Below are positions 46,824 to 56,716 of a DNA stretch of 64,000 nt, one piece after another. The stretch's first letter is position 1, and every line of letters begins with the position of its first letter. Under the pieces are notes generated by a model. The model was not told where the DNA came from, searched no databases, and was given only the letters and a program-made list of their open reading frames with translations. Location of the stretch: contig OZ025693.1 in the NCBI GenBank assembly GCA_964019335.1, forward strand, positions 186,001-250,000, in the 5' to 3' direction. Made by a program: the position numbers and the translations under genes. Source of the DNA: Diplonema japonicum (lineage: Eukaryota; Protista; Euglenozoa: Diplonemea).

Positions 46824-47069
46824 TCACAGTTCAAAACACTTATCGCAGACCCGCGTATCTCGGTTGAGGGCCTTCAGGAATTTCGAGTGTTTGCTGCAAT
46901 CTCCACAAAATAGCATTCCACACGCACGGCAGTGATGGCGTCTCCTGAACCAAGTAAACAGCCTCTTGCAATTATTGCACACAGGCATCCCCTCCTCCCA
47001 TTCCACCTTGTACTCGCTCTTCTCGTCTTTTTGGTCAGCTCGTATTTTCGCCGCCCCGCTGGCCGCCAT
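46824..47069 (-). CDS. FYVE-only zinc-finger microprotein (81 aa)
   Basis: W...CNNC..F....RRHHCRACG..FC..CS...RVCDKC. Confidence 0.9.
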   Translation of the reverse strand: MAASGAAKIRADQKDEKSEYKVEWEEGMPVCNNCKRLFTWFRRRHHCRACGMLFCGDCSKHSKFLKALNRDTRVCDKCFEL

Positions 47070-47791
47070 TTTTTTCTTTTTTTTTTTTTCTTCCTTAGGA
47101 TCGATTCTTTTTTTTTTTTTTTTTCTTTCTTGGCCCGCAGTTGCGCGGGTGTTACAGCCACGGACTGTTGTGGAACCTCTTGAGGAGCGCGTCACCGTGT
47201 CTCCTTGAGAAAAAAAAAAAAAAAATTCAAATTAACATGCAAGCCCCTGAGACGAAAGCCGCATGCCCTAAAAAGGGAGAGGGGGTATGGTCAGTACTAG
47301 GTGTCTCTCAGTTTCGATCTAATCTTGCGACTCCTCCAAGTGCTGATCTCTTCAGGCAAGTAGCACCCTTCATTGGCTCCCACTTGCGTCCCAGCGGGTA
47401 TGGAGAGTACTTTTTCCCGACCACGGTCTCCGCATTTGCTCTGTGGACAAGGCTATGGAAAAGCCAGGTACTTAGTGGCTCCTGCGCGCGAAAAAAAAGA
47501 TCCCAAGCGGGGCGGACAATTTGGAAAAAAAGAAATGAAAGAAGCACTAGAAGAAGGGGGGGGGGGGGGGGGGAATAGAAAGGGGGGATAAAACCCGTCA
47601 AAAAAAAAAGAAAAAGAAAAGTAAAGAAACACTTCAGGGGGGGGATGGGGAGGGGGGTGTATAAACACGTACGACTGGTGTTATCGTTAACTTTGAAAAA
47701 AAAAAGGTTTTTCCTTGTTTTTTTTTTTTTTTTTCTCTTTGTTTCATTTTTTTTTTTTTTTTTCCTTCTTTTTCCATGTTCCCTCAATTCT

Positions 47792-47893
47792 CTACTGCAG
47801 GTAGACAAGTAGGGCAAAAGGGGTGAGGGCCAGGCTGTAGAAGAAGACGGCGTTCTCAGCCCACACGTCATTCAGAGCCTTGTCACGAGAGTT

Positions 47894-47928
<35 letters not shown>

Positions 47929-48429
47929 TCAAAGATAATTTAAAAAATAACAAAAGAACATACAAAAAAGGCGCATGCTTGCACAACTTGTCTGATGTCA
48001 GAGCCTGCCTAGGAATCTTTTCTTTGAGAGTTGCGTACTCGTGTGCCGCCTAAAATAAGAAAATTAAAAAAAAAATTTTTTTTCTTCTTTTATTTTTGGC
48101 TTGTTTGGAAGAGCATTGCCCCCCAACACCCCCGAGTACGGACGACAGTGGATTAACGCATGTTCAGTGTTCAGCCTGCCTACAACTTTGCGTAACTCCG
48201 TGCTTCAAAGACTACCACCTTGAGAAGGCCTTAAAAAGCTCATTAGAATTTTACAGTCGATTTTTTTTTTCTTTTGACTTGTTTGTTACCCCCGATGGGC
48301 AAAAAAAAAAAAAAAATGGCAAAGGTTAAAATCGCCCTCCCTTCTCTTCCCATAACATACCGTTGTCATCACAGACCTCTTCCCCGCTGCCCTCACTGCC
48401 ACGGTACCTACAGCTCGCATTACGCTCAT
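47792..48429 (-). CDS. Small single-TM, probably mitochondrial protein (~85 aa); 3 exons (introns 48050-48360, 47895-47963)
   Basis: Splices in frame to MSVMRAVGTVAVRAAGKRSVMTT-AAHEYATLKEKIPRQALTSDKLCKHAPFL-NSRDKALNDVWAENAVFFYSLALTPFALLVYLQ*; both donors are GTATGT. Confidence 0.75.
48096..48300 (+). mobile_element. piggyBac 3' fragment inside an intron
   Basis: THVQCSACLQLCVTPCFKDYH resembles the piggyBac Cys-rich domain; followed by a TIR-like ...GATGGG end. Confidence 0.6.
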
Positions 48430-48531
48430 TGTTTTTTTTTTTTTTTTTTAATCCTCTTTTTTTTTGCTTCGTTATTAAGCGGGGGAAACAAAAAAAAAAA
48501 AAAAGAGAGATTCTGTACCCTCTCCCTCCCT

Positions 48532-50229
48532 CTAAATTCGCTCTCTGTTGGGTTTGTACTGCTCAACAGGGATTTGTTCAAACGGTGATTCTAACCGCTG
48601 TACCTTGGCTTTAGAAGGTTTCACGGAATGTGTGTTTCTCCGCTGCTCCTCCTCCTCCTCAGTTTTCTTCTTAGCAATAAACTTAACCCACTCAGCAGCT
48701 TGCTGTGACTCGTACTCATTGAAGCAATCAAGGTATTGGTCCATCTTTTTCGTAATAAAATGAGTCATCGCAGGACCGGGCAGGACACCCAAACGGGACA
48801 ACGCCCAACCGATACGTGTTACGGTGTTGGCAACAATGTGCTTGTTGTTGGTTTCATTGAGTACTTGAAGCATAAATGCGGAGTAACGTAACTTGGCATC
48901 TGAGCTGAGCGCCGGGGAGAAGACGCCCAACGCATGGAAACCATTTGTTACGTTTGCCTCGGAAAAAGTGTTTTTCGGAATCGTTTGCAGTTTGTTGAAA
49001 CAGGTTTCAAAAATATCAACGTCTGCGACCATGCGGAGCTTGGGCATTGCTGTAAGAATCTGATCGAGATTGTAAATACGCGCGGATTTTAAAAGTTCAG
49101 GCCGTTCTCGCAATGTGCTTCCTACAGACTGAACGTGGTACTGATTTTCATGACGCAGCTTGCAAAAGCTCCATAGTAAGCAACACACATGGGCGACGGT
49201 TAGCTCCCCAGACACATCCACATCTGTCAGCTGCTCAGCAAGAACGTCGATCATCGGCATGAACCGTTCCGGGGCTTTCTTCCCCACAACGAACTCACTC
49301 CCAATCGTCGACGCCAGCGCGTACAATAAATTAATTTTTTCAACGTTTTTCCAATTCACGAAGCTATCGATTCTAAGAAGCACCTTGTCAAACACCGGTT
49401 CCGCCATTTCAAATGGAATTCGACACCGTCCCAAAGCATGTAAAAATATAACAAGATCTCGATCAAAAATAACTTCTTTTGAAGAACAGATCGCATCGAT
49501 GAGCAACGGTACCGCAAAGCCCCGTAGCTCCTCCGCCTCGGGGATCATCGAAAGCCCGCGGACCGCGTACGCCAGCTGTAGAGGCGGGACGGGTTTTTTC
49601 ATGTGTAGTTTGAAGAATCCATCCAATGCTTGTTGGCAAAGCTCGAACCGCCAGTAACGAAGATCGCACCCATGGCTGAGAAGGCTCGTGATGTCTTTTA
49701 TATCGACTTTATTCTCCCATCCGGGCTCTTTGAGAAGCATGAAACTCAGGGCATCCCATGTTTCCCGATGCCCGCAGTGAATTAGGTTTGATGATATGAA
49801 CAGTCGATCTGATAAAGGCGCGTTTCGGAAGGAGCTTTTCTTAGTCATCGTTGCTCTGTGGATCTTATTCAACGCGGCCCTATTGTTTACGCGGAGTTGG
49901 GTAAAGGCTGCTACTGTGGAACAGATTGATGTTATGTTGGGGTGTTTTAAAGGGTTGGACACGACAGCGTCGCAGAGGTATGTGAGGACGTCTGATCCGG
50001 GGGCCGAGCGCATTTTAGCGAAGGCTTGGAGGGTTCTGCCCGCGTCCATAGGGAGGATGACCTTGCTGATGGTTTTCTTGTTGCTTATGATGTCTTGCTC
50101 CAGGGTTCGCATTAGCAACTTTTTGTTGCCGTTGCCTTCATTTTTTACTATCTTCCACGCTGCGTCCGGAACGCTTCCCTTGTGGTCCCATTGGACTCGT
50201 TCTAAAACAACCGCTCCACGGCGCAGCAT
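48532..50229 (-). CDS. Mitochondrial helical-repeat RNA-binding protein (FASTK/HPR/OPR-like)
   Basis: MLRR presequence; ~37-aa repeats such as VCCLLWSFCKL, LVIFLHALGRC, IGWALSRLG and TLQAFAKM. Confidence 0.7.
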   Translation of the reverse strand: MLRRGAVVLERVQWDHKGSVPDAAWKIVKNEGNGNKKLLMRTLEQDIISNKKTISKVILPMDAGRTLQAFAKMRSAPGSDVLTYLCDAVVSNPLKHPNITSICSTVAAFTQLRVNNRAALNKIHRATMTKKSSFRNAPLSDRLFISSNLIHCGHRETWDALSFMLLKEPGWENKVDIKDITSLLSHGCDLRYWRFELCQQALDGFFKLHMKKPVPPLQLAYAVRGLSMIPEAEELRGFAVPLLIDAICSSKEVIFDRDLVIFLHALGRCRIPFEMAEPVFDKVLLRIDSFVNWKNVEKINLLYALASTIGSEFVVGKKAPERFMPMIDVLAEQLTDVDVSGELTVAHVCCLLWSFCKLRHENQYHVQSVGSTLRERPELLKSARIYNLDQILTAMPKLRMVADVDIFETCFNKLQTIPKNTFSEANVTNGFHALGVFSPALSSDAKLRYSAFMLQVLNETNNKHIVANTVTRIGWALSRLGVLPGPAMTHFITKKMDQYLDCFNEYESQQAAEWVKFIAKKKTEEEEEQRRNTHSVKPSKAKVQRLESPFEQIPVEQYKPNRERI

Positions 50230-50344
50230 GGGGAGGAAAGTACCTTTTCAGAAATGGATAGGGGAAGGGAAAAAAAAAAAAAAAAAAAAAAAAACACATG
50301 GGAGAAGAAAAAAAAAAAAAGAAAATTAGAAAACAGATGGTGTC

Positions 50345-50442
50345 CTACGTACGTGTCGGGTATAACCGAGAAGTTTGTCAACCCGAAACACGTTTGCCAA
50401 CGTTCCCCTTTTGTTTCAGACAAGTCAAAGACTCGTTCTTGC
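50345..50442 (+). repeat. Short dispersed repeat family B, copy 1
   Basis: GTCAACCCGAAACACGTTTGCCAACGTTCCCCTTTTGTTTCAGACAAGTCAAAGACTCGTTCTTGCA, nearly identical at 61133-61199. Confidence 0.85.
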
Positions 50443-51027
50443 AAAAAAAAAGGGGGGGTTACGTAACTATATATATTCCAGACTTTTTTTTTGAATTTTT
50501 CCTTTCTCAAAAAAACCCCCCCCATTCCTTTTTTTCCCCATCCCTTCTGAAATCTTGACCCCACGTTAGCCATTATGGCGGTGCACGCTGCTCTTTTTTT
50601 TTTTTTTTTTTTCACAATTCTATTTGTCGAGACTAAGTACTAGATAGTTGAGCGCAAAAATGAGTATGAAATCTCATCTAGGGTACCGTGTTTGTACTTT
50701 TCATTTGAAACGGAAAGCTCCGAAATCCGAATCTTTTTTCGCTGTTTTGCTCCATACACATACGGTATATAAAAAAAAAAAATCGCTCGCTTTGCGCAAA
50801 CAAAAAAAAAAAAAAAAAACTGGAGCATCAAACCTTCTCCGTCTTCTTTTTTTTTTTTTAAATTTTATTTTCTTCCTTTTCTTTTTCCCTCTTCTTCTTC
50901 GTTCATGCTCGACACTAACAAAAAAGAAAAGAAAAGAAAAAAAAAGAGCAACAAAGGGGGGGGGGGGGGGGGGGTAAGTTGGATTCAAAAAAAACAAAAT
51001 AAAAAAAAAAAATCCCTCCCCTTTTTC

Positions 51028-51955
51028 CTATTCCTCCCTTGCAAGCGACTCATCTTCATCATCTTCCTCCACAGACTCACGCAGGGCATCAAGCTGATCT
51101 TGAGGAGGTTCTTGGGCAAATTTCTGCGATTTTTTTTTTTTTTTTTTTTTAAATTACTTCCGCACCTTATGAGTAAACGGATCCTTCGGCAAATCACGCA
51201 GCTGGGCCCCTTGCGAGAGCGACTTCCTAACAAATTCAGGCAATATAAATGATGCATGGTGGACATCAGAGTTGTAATAGAAAGTATTGATATTCTTCTC
51301 CTCCCACTTTGCCCAATCGATTGGCGTTTTCATAGGGTGGATCTCATCAGAGCAGAAGACGTAAGAGTAATGCCCCGATAAAAACGTGGGCTGGTTGCTG
51401 TGCAAGATGAAAACATATTTGAAGATCAACGAGAGTTGGAGCTGAACGGCAATAACGGTCTCTTGATTCCAAGAAGGGCTGTCGACGTTGGCGATAAGGA
51501 TGGACCGCTTGGCCATAAGACGTTTCAGCTGCTCGTAAAATGCTTCTGTGAATAAAGATTCCGCAGCACCATAGTCCGTTGAATCAAGAACAACCACTTC
51601 ATAGCTATTTCGGTTGCTTGCTACTTCCAATTGTTCATCGACCCACTGCCGCCCGTCATATGCGAAAGCACGAGTTCTCGGGTCCATGTAGGCAGCGTGG
51701 AGGTACGGGAAGTAACTAGCCACCATGTCGCGCATCGCGAACATGTCAATATCTACTAGGTGTGCTGCTTCTACGTTTTTGTGTTCCAAAAGGCGTAGTA
51801 ATGCTCCTGCGTCGCCCCCACCAATGACCAAAACTTTTTTCGCATCCGGGATGTAATTCATCGGCACGTGAGCGGTCATCTCGTGGTAATTCACCTCATC
51901 CCTCTCTGTGATCTGCAGTGATCCGTCGATTACCAGAACGTGCCCGAAATATCTT

Positions 51956-51986
<31 letters not shown>

Positions 51987-52181
51987 GAAAAAAAAAAACT
52001 TTTTTTTTATATACCTATGTGCGTAGACTTGGATGTGTTGGTAATTCGTTTCCACCTCGAACAGCATCCTGTTCATCCCGAAGAGGTACGCGACGTCCCT
52101 CTGCAACTGGTACTCTATGAAGGGTTTGGCCGCCACCGTTACGTCCCCGAACAGACCGAACGTACCACCGAAACATGTTCT

Positions 52182-52220
<39 letters not shown>

Positions 52221-52332
52221 GCACGTACGTGTGTTGAAGACCTGCAAACTGATGAACTGCGATGTACAGTATTATGCTCAAGAGTGCCACCGCAACGCTT
52301 ACGTTGGATAATATGTTGTAGAACCCGGTCAT
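51028..52332 (-). CDS. Spermidine synthase-family aminopropyltransferase with N-terminal membrane anchor; 4 exons (introns 52180-52228, 51953-52014, 51124-51165)
   Basis: TNYQHIQVY..YFGHVLVIDGSLQITERDEVNYHEMTAHVP, VLVIGGGDAG, VVVLDSTD, YYNSDVHHASFILP. Confidence 0.9.
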
Positions 52333-52803
52333 CGTTTTCTGAAAAGAGGGGGGGGGGGGGGGGCCTCCTTTCTGTGTTTGTGTGTTTTTAGGGCTTTTTT
52401 TTTGCTGGACTTCAAGGCCGCGAGTTTATGCTACTTTGAAGAAATGCGAAATGTGATACAGAGTTATAGTCAGGCACACACAAGAGAAGACGCACGCAAC
52501 ACTGCCAGAAGCTGTATGAGTGAAACAAAACGCAAGAAAGCAAAACGAATGGGGGGGGGAAAGAAAAAAAACTTAAGTACTACACAAGAATGAGTGAGAA
52601 AGAAGAAGAAACAAAAGTAGAAAATATACAAAAAAAAAGGGGGGGGACTGTAATCTACAAAGGAAAATATAAAATAAAATAAAATAAAATAAAATAAAAA
52701 GCTTGTAACTTTCTGAAATTTCTTCACTCCGGAAGCCCTTATTATCTTATTGGTAGGGTCTCATAATTTGATTTTTGGCGCTACAATTTGATCGCGCGAA
52801 AAG

Positions 52804-52876
52804 TTGGCCTGACGGGACCGAACCACGACCCCCGTAGCGGTAGTCGAGGCCCCTAACCACAGTCTAGCGCCGATCC
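52804..52876 (-). pseudogene. tRNA-like pseudogene or SINE head
   Basis: A-box-like TAGACTGTGGTTAG and B-box-like GGTTCGGTCCC at tRNA spacing; acceptor stem pairs poorly. Confidence 0.4.
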
Positions 52877-53286
52877 CTGCGCTGAAAAAAAAGTAGAATC
52901 ATAATTCTGGATTTGAGACCAAGAATATCAATATGTGATTTTTCTTCATCCCAAATCATATCAAAAATTACAGTAGCTAGTAAGTAGAACTCCTTATTGT
53001 TGTTATTATCGTGCGACATTGCCACATAAAACATCACATGTTACGACACCAAAAAATTAGCAGAGGTCCCCTCATCCCGGCCTGTCTGTGCAGCAGCTGA
53101 TGACGGTGGTTTTGCTTATTTTCTTTAGAGTCAACGGAGTGGCTCAATTTCTGAAAAGTGAGATAATCTTCACTCTCGAACCTTCACGGTCAAAAAAGAA
53201 AAAAGCCTCGGTTCTCGAGTGAAACTTATGGCCATAATCTGTTGGTGCAATAATTAGCTATTTGTTGTTCCAAATTTTTATTTTTT

Positions 53287-55347
53287 TCAATCGTTTGCCA
53301 GCCTCGCGAGCAGTAAGCTGCTTTCATTGGGCTCAAACTGAGTATCGAAATGAACCGAATGGGACACATCCTGTTTTTTTTTTTTTTTCTTCTTTTTTTT
53401 TTCTTTAAAAAACTTCACAAACCTCCGAAGAATTGCTAGTATTTTTCGTAGGGGTCCTTGTGGCTAGCTTGGAAATCTGTAAGAATCTTCTCCCCCCATA
53501 CATCACCCCCATACCATTTCTTTCAATTTGTGATTCTCTGAAGCCTCAACTTTCAACTGGTGTGTAGTCGAACTGAGAGTCGACGACAGAGACTCAATTG
53601 TTTCATCGGCCGCAGCACGTATCTGCTGCATCTGGCTTTTTAACTTTTCGTTTTGTGCCCTCTCGGCAGCGACCTCCGTCTCAAGCGCGGTTATCTGCTG
53701 GAGGGAAACCGTGTTCGTGTTGAAGTGTTCCCGACCGCTGTTGTCGAACTCCTGCTTGAGAATCGCGATAGCTTGCTGGAGCTGTTTTCGCTCCGCGGTG
53801 AGCTTTAGGTTTTGCATGCGGGCGGCACGGTGGTCCTTCGCTAGCTTTTTGATCTCCGCTTCATAGATATCTGGTGCCTTCCTCAGTTCCTGCACTTCAG
53901 CGTACACCGAGTGGTAGTCGCTCCTCTCCTGCGACATCATAATCTGCATTTGTGCCTGTTCCGCGGCTGCCTTCAAGGCCTCGTCATCGCTTCTTTGAGA
54001 CAGTTCCGCCAGTCTCTGTTTCTCCTCGCCGACTGTGTTCAGATCCTCTTTCAACAGCTTGATGTCGTTCAGGGCCTGCCCGAGCTTTCCCCGCAGCTCT
54101 CTGTTCTCCAACGCCATGTTTTCCCGTATCTCGCTTCCTTTTCTCGCGCGGATCTCCAGCTTGTTGCACTCCGTTTCTGCTTGCGTGTTGTGGTCCATTA
54201 AATTCCGCGTTTTCGCGCTCAGCTCTTGCATCTCCGCATGCAGGTCCGCAACCTTACCCGCCAGGCTGCTGTTGTCACCACGCAGACCCTTGATTTCCGT
54301 GTTTTTTTTGAGTAATTCGTCTTTTAAACCAGACAGTTCGCCCTGTGCCTCTGCGGTTCTCTGTCGGAGGTTTGTTGCCTCCGCTTCCACTCTGCTCCTC
54401 AACCGCCGTTCTTCCTCCAAACGGGTTTGCAGCGCTTGCGCCTCGGCGACACCTGGCGCAGGGGGCTGTATCAGCATCCCTGTGTCCTTTTCGTTGATCG
54501 GTATGGGCCACAGTGTGACCCGCGACATTTTATCCAAAAACCATAGATCCTTCGTCGTCCCTGCGTACACCGACGGGTTCACACAGGCGATTGAAATACC
54601 GTAATTGCAGCTTTGGAGCAATGGTGCCAATGAAGATGTCACGGAGTGCCTTGCAAGCTCCTCTTCAAGGGGATAGATGGGGTTTCGTGTTTCGGCCAAC
54701 GACTCGACTATGCTACGGAAAGGACCGCCGTCTGCCTCGCCGAGTTCGGCAAGGATGAAGGTGCCGTTGGAGGCTGCGTGGTGCAGAGTTGCAACGATGG
54801 TTGATTGCGGTGCTGCTGCTGAGAGCGATCGAGAGGTAAGCCGAGCCAGTGTGGTTGTGTCTGTGATACGGAAGCTCACGGGTGTTGAAGAACCCGTGAG
54901 GAGGCATTTATCACCCGATTGCGTTACCTGTACAAACGACAGTGAAACGGGTAAAACTGCAGCAGCGAACCTAAGCAGCAACCCTTCACAACGCATCCCG
55001 TCCCTTGGGGTGGCTGGTTGTGTTCGTCTTCCAGGGCTGCGTTGTTCCACCCTGCCGAAGAGCGTGTGCGACTTGCCGCTTCCTTTCCCCCCGAATGCGA
55101 GGCACCCGACGCGGCCTCCCAACATGAACACCTCCATCGCTTTGTCTTTTACATGTGCGAAGACCTCCTCCTGCCCTTGCAAGGCCCCCTTAGAGCCTCC
55201 TTCTAGGAAGACCGCCTTGGAGTTTGTGAAGGAGTGTAGAACCGGGCCCTTCTCGATGGTGATCTCGCCGCCGTTCACCCTCACGCAGGCTTCTTCGGCT
55301 TGTTGGGCGGAGGGGCGTATGCGTACTGCTGGCTCGTAGCCTGCCAT
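53287..55347 (-). CDS. Highly divergent kinesin-like protein with long coiled coil; 3 exons (introns 53477-53514, 53371-53422)
   Basis: AVRIRP, QEEVF, P-loop AFGGKGSGKSHTLFG, LAPLLQ, IACVNPS; switch I/II degenerate. Confidence 0.8.
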
Positions 55348-56212
55348 CTTTTGTTTTTCTTTCGGTGGTAGGGGATATCCCCCCAAACACACCCCCTTTA
55401 TTTTTTTGAAAATTTAAAACCGAAAAAAAAAAAAAAAAAATGTGGACCGGGAAACCAGGGGGAAGAAGAAAAATCAAATAACGGCGTGTGAAAAGGAAAG
55501 GGGGAAAAAACGGGGGGGGGGGGGGGGGGGCATCAAGTAGGAGCTCAGAAAAAATGAAATGATGGGGAGAGGGGGGGAGGGGGACTTTTAAAAGAAAATC
55601 ACCATGATGGTGAGGGAATGCTAGCTGCCTTTTGCTTTACTTTGCTTCTTCTTTATTTATTTTTTTTTAAAGTTGATAGTTATCATCGAATGGAGTTGCC
55701 TCTCCTGGGACTTCTCGGTGAAGCAAAATTGAAAAACCACCACCCACCGCCAATAAAAGAAAAATAGGGGGGTAAATTTCTTTTTTTCCTACACAAATAA
55801 TCTGGCAAGTTCGTTCCCCCCTTTTTTTGGGGGGGGAAAAAAATGTTCACTTCAATTAATAAGATTGTTCTGTTGTTTTTCCTTCCCCCCCCCCCCCCTG
55901 CCTCTCAAAGGTAAGCATTTTTTCTTGGTGTCTTTCTTCTCTCTCAGGACTTAAAGCACGAAGTTAAAAAAAAAAAAACAAGGGTCATTTAATTAGAAGG
56001 GGGGGGGGGGGGGGGGACCATTTTCTTTAACCCGCCTCGTTCCGAATTTATATGAAGCTTCCGATCTTTTTCGAAATCTGTCCATTTCCACTCTTCTTCC
56101 TGAAAACCGACTCAAGACTTTGGTTGGATGGTCCAAGGGAGGCCTAATAAAAAAAAATAAAAATAAAAATGGGGCCTTGATTGCAACACTAGGTGGCGTT
56201 AAGCGTGCAATG

Positions 56213-56494
56213 AAGCACGAACTACCTACTTGATTACAGGGGACGCTCCTCGGCCGAGCAGTAGCTTCTTCTGCGTTCCGCGTCGTGTCCTTAATGCGTG
56301 CGGTGTGCTCAACCCTAGTCGGTGCGTCCCGGGTAACCAAGATTCTGCGCTCGTGCAGTTTGCTGCCTGTTCGTCACCCTGAGCATCTGCGTTACGTTCT
56401 TCCACTCGGGCGCTACCGGTGATGACCGACGAGGAGGTCAACAGCGAACAACACATCTGATGTACTTCTTATATTTCCATGTTATCCCCACCAC

Positions 56495-56533
<39 letters not shown>
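56213..56533 (+). repeat. SINE-like repeat family A, copy 3 (longest, ends in a long A tract)
   Basis: Matches 2975-3213 over ~240 bp and is followed by ~38 A. Confidence 0.8.
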
Positions 56534-56535
<2 letters not shown>

Positions 56536-56716
56536 TCACAATACACAAAGAGAAAAGAGGCAAGCAATGAAAAAAAAAAAAAATGTTAGTAAACGCACAC
56601 TTAACTTAAAGGAGGAGAAAAAAAAAAATCATATATAATATCCCTTCTATCCTTTTTACCATTTTTTTTTTTTTTCCTGTTTCCCCTCCAATTTTTTTTT
56701 CCCCCCTCCCCCAGTT

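Noticed and set aside
53095-53165. CTGATGA...GAAA hammerhead-like core
   Set aside because: Stems I-III cannot be formed.
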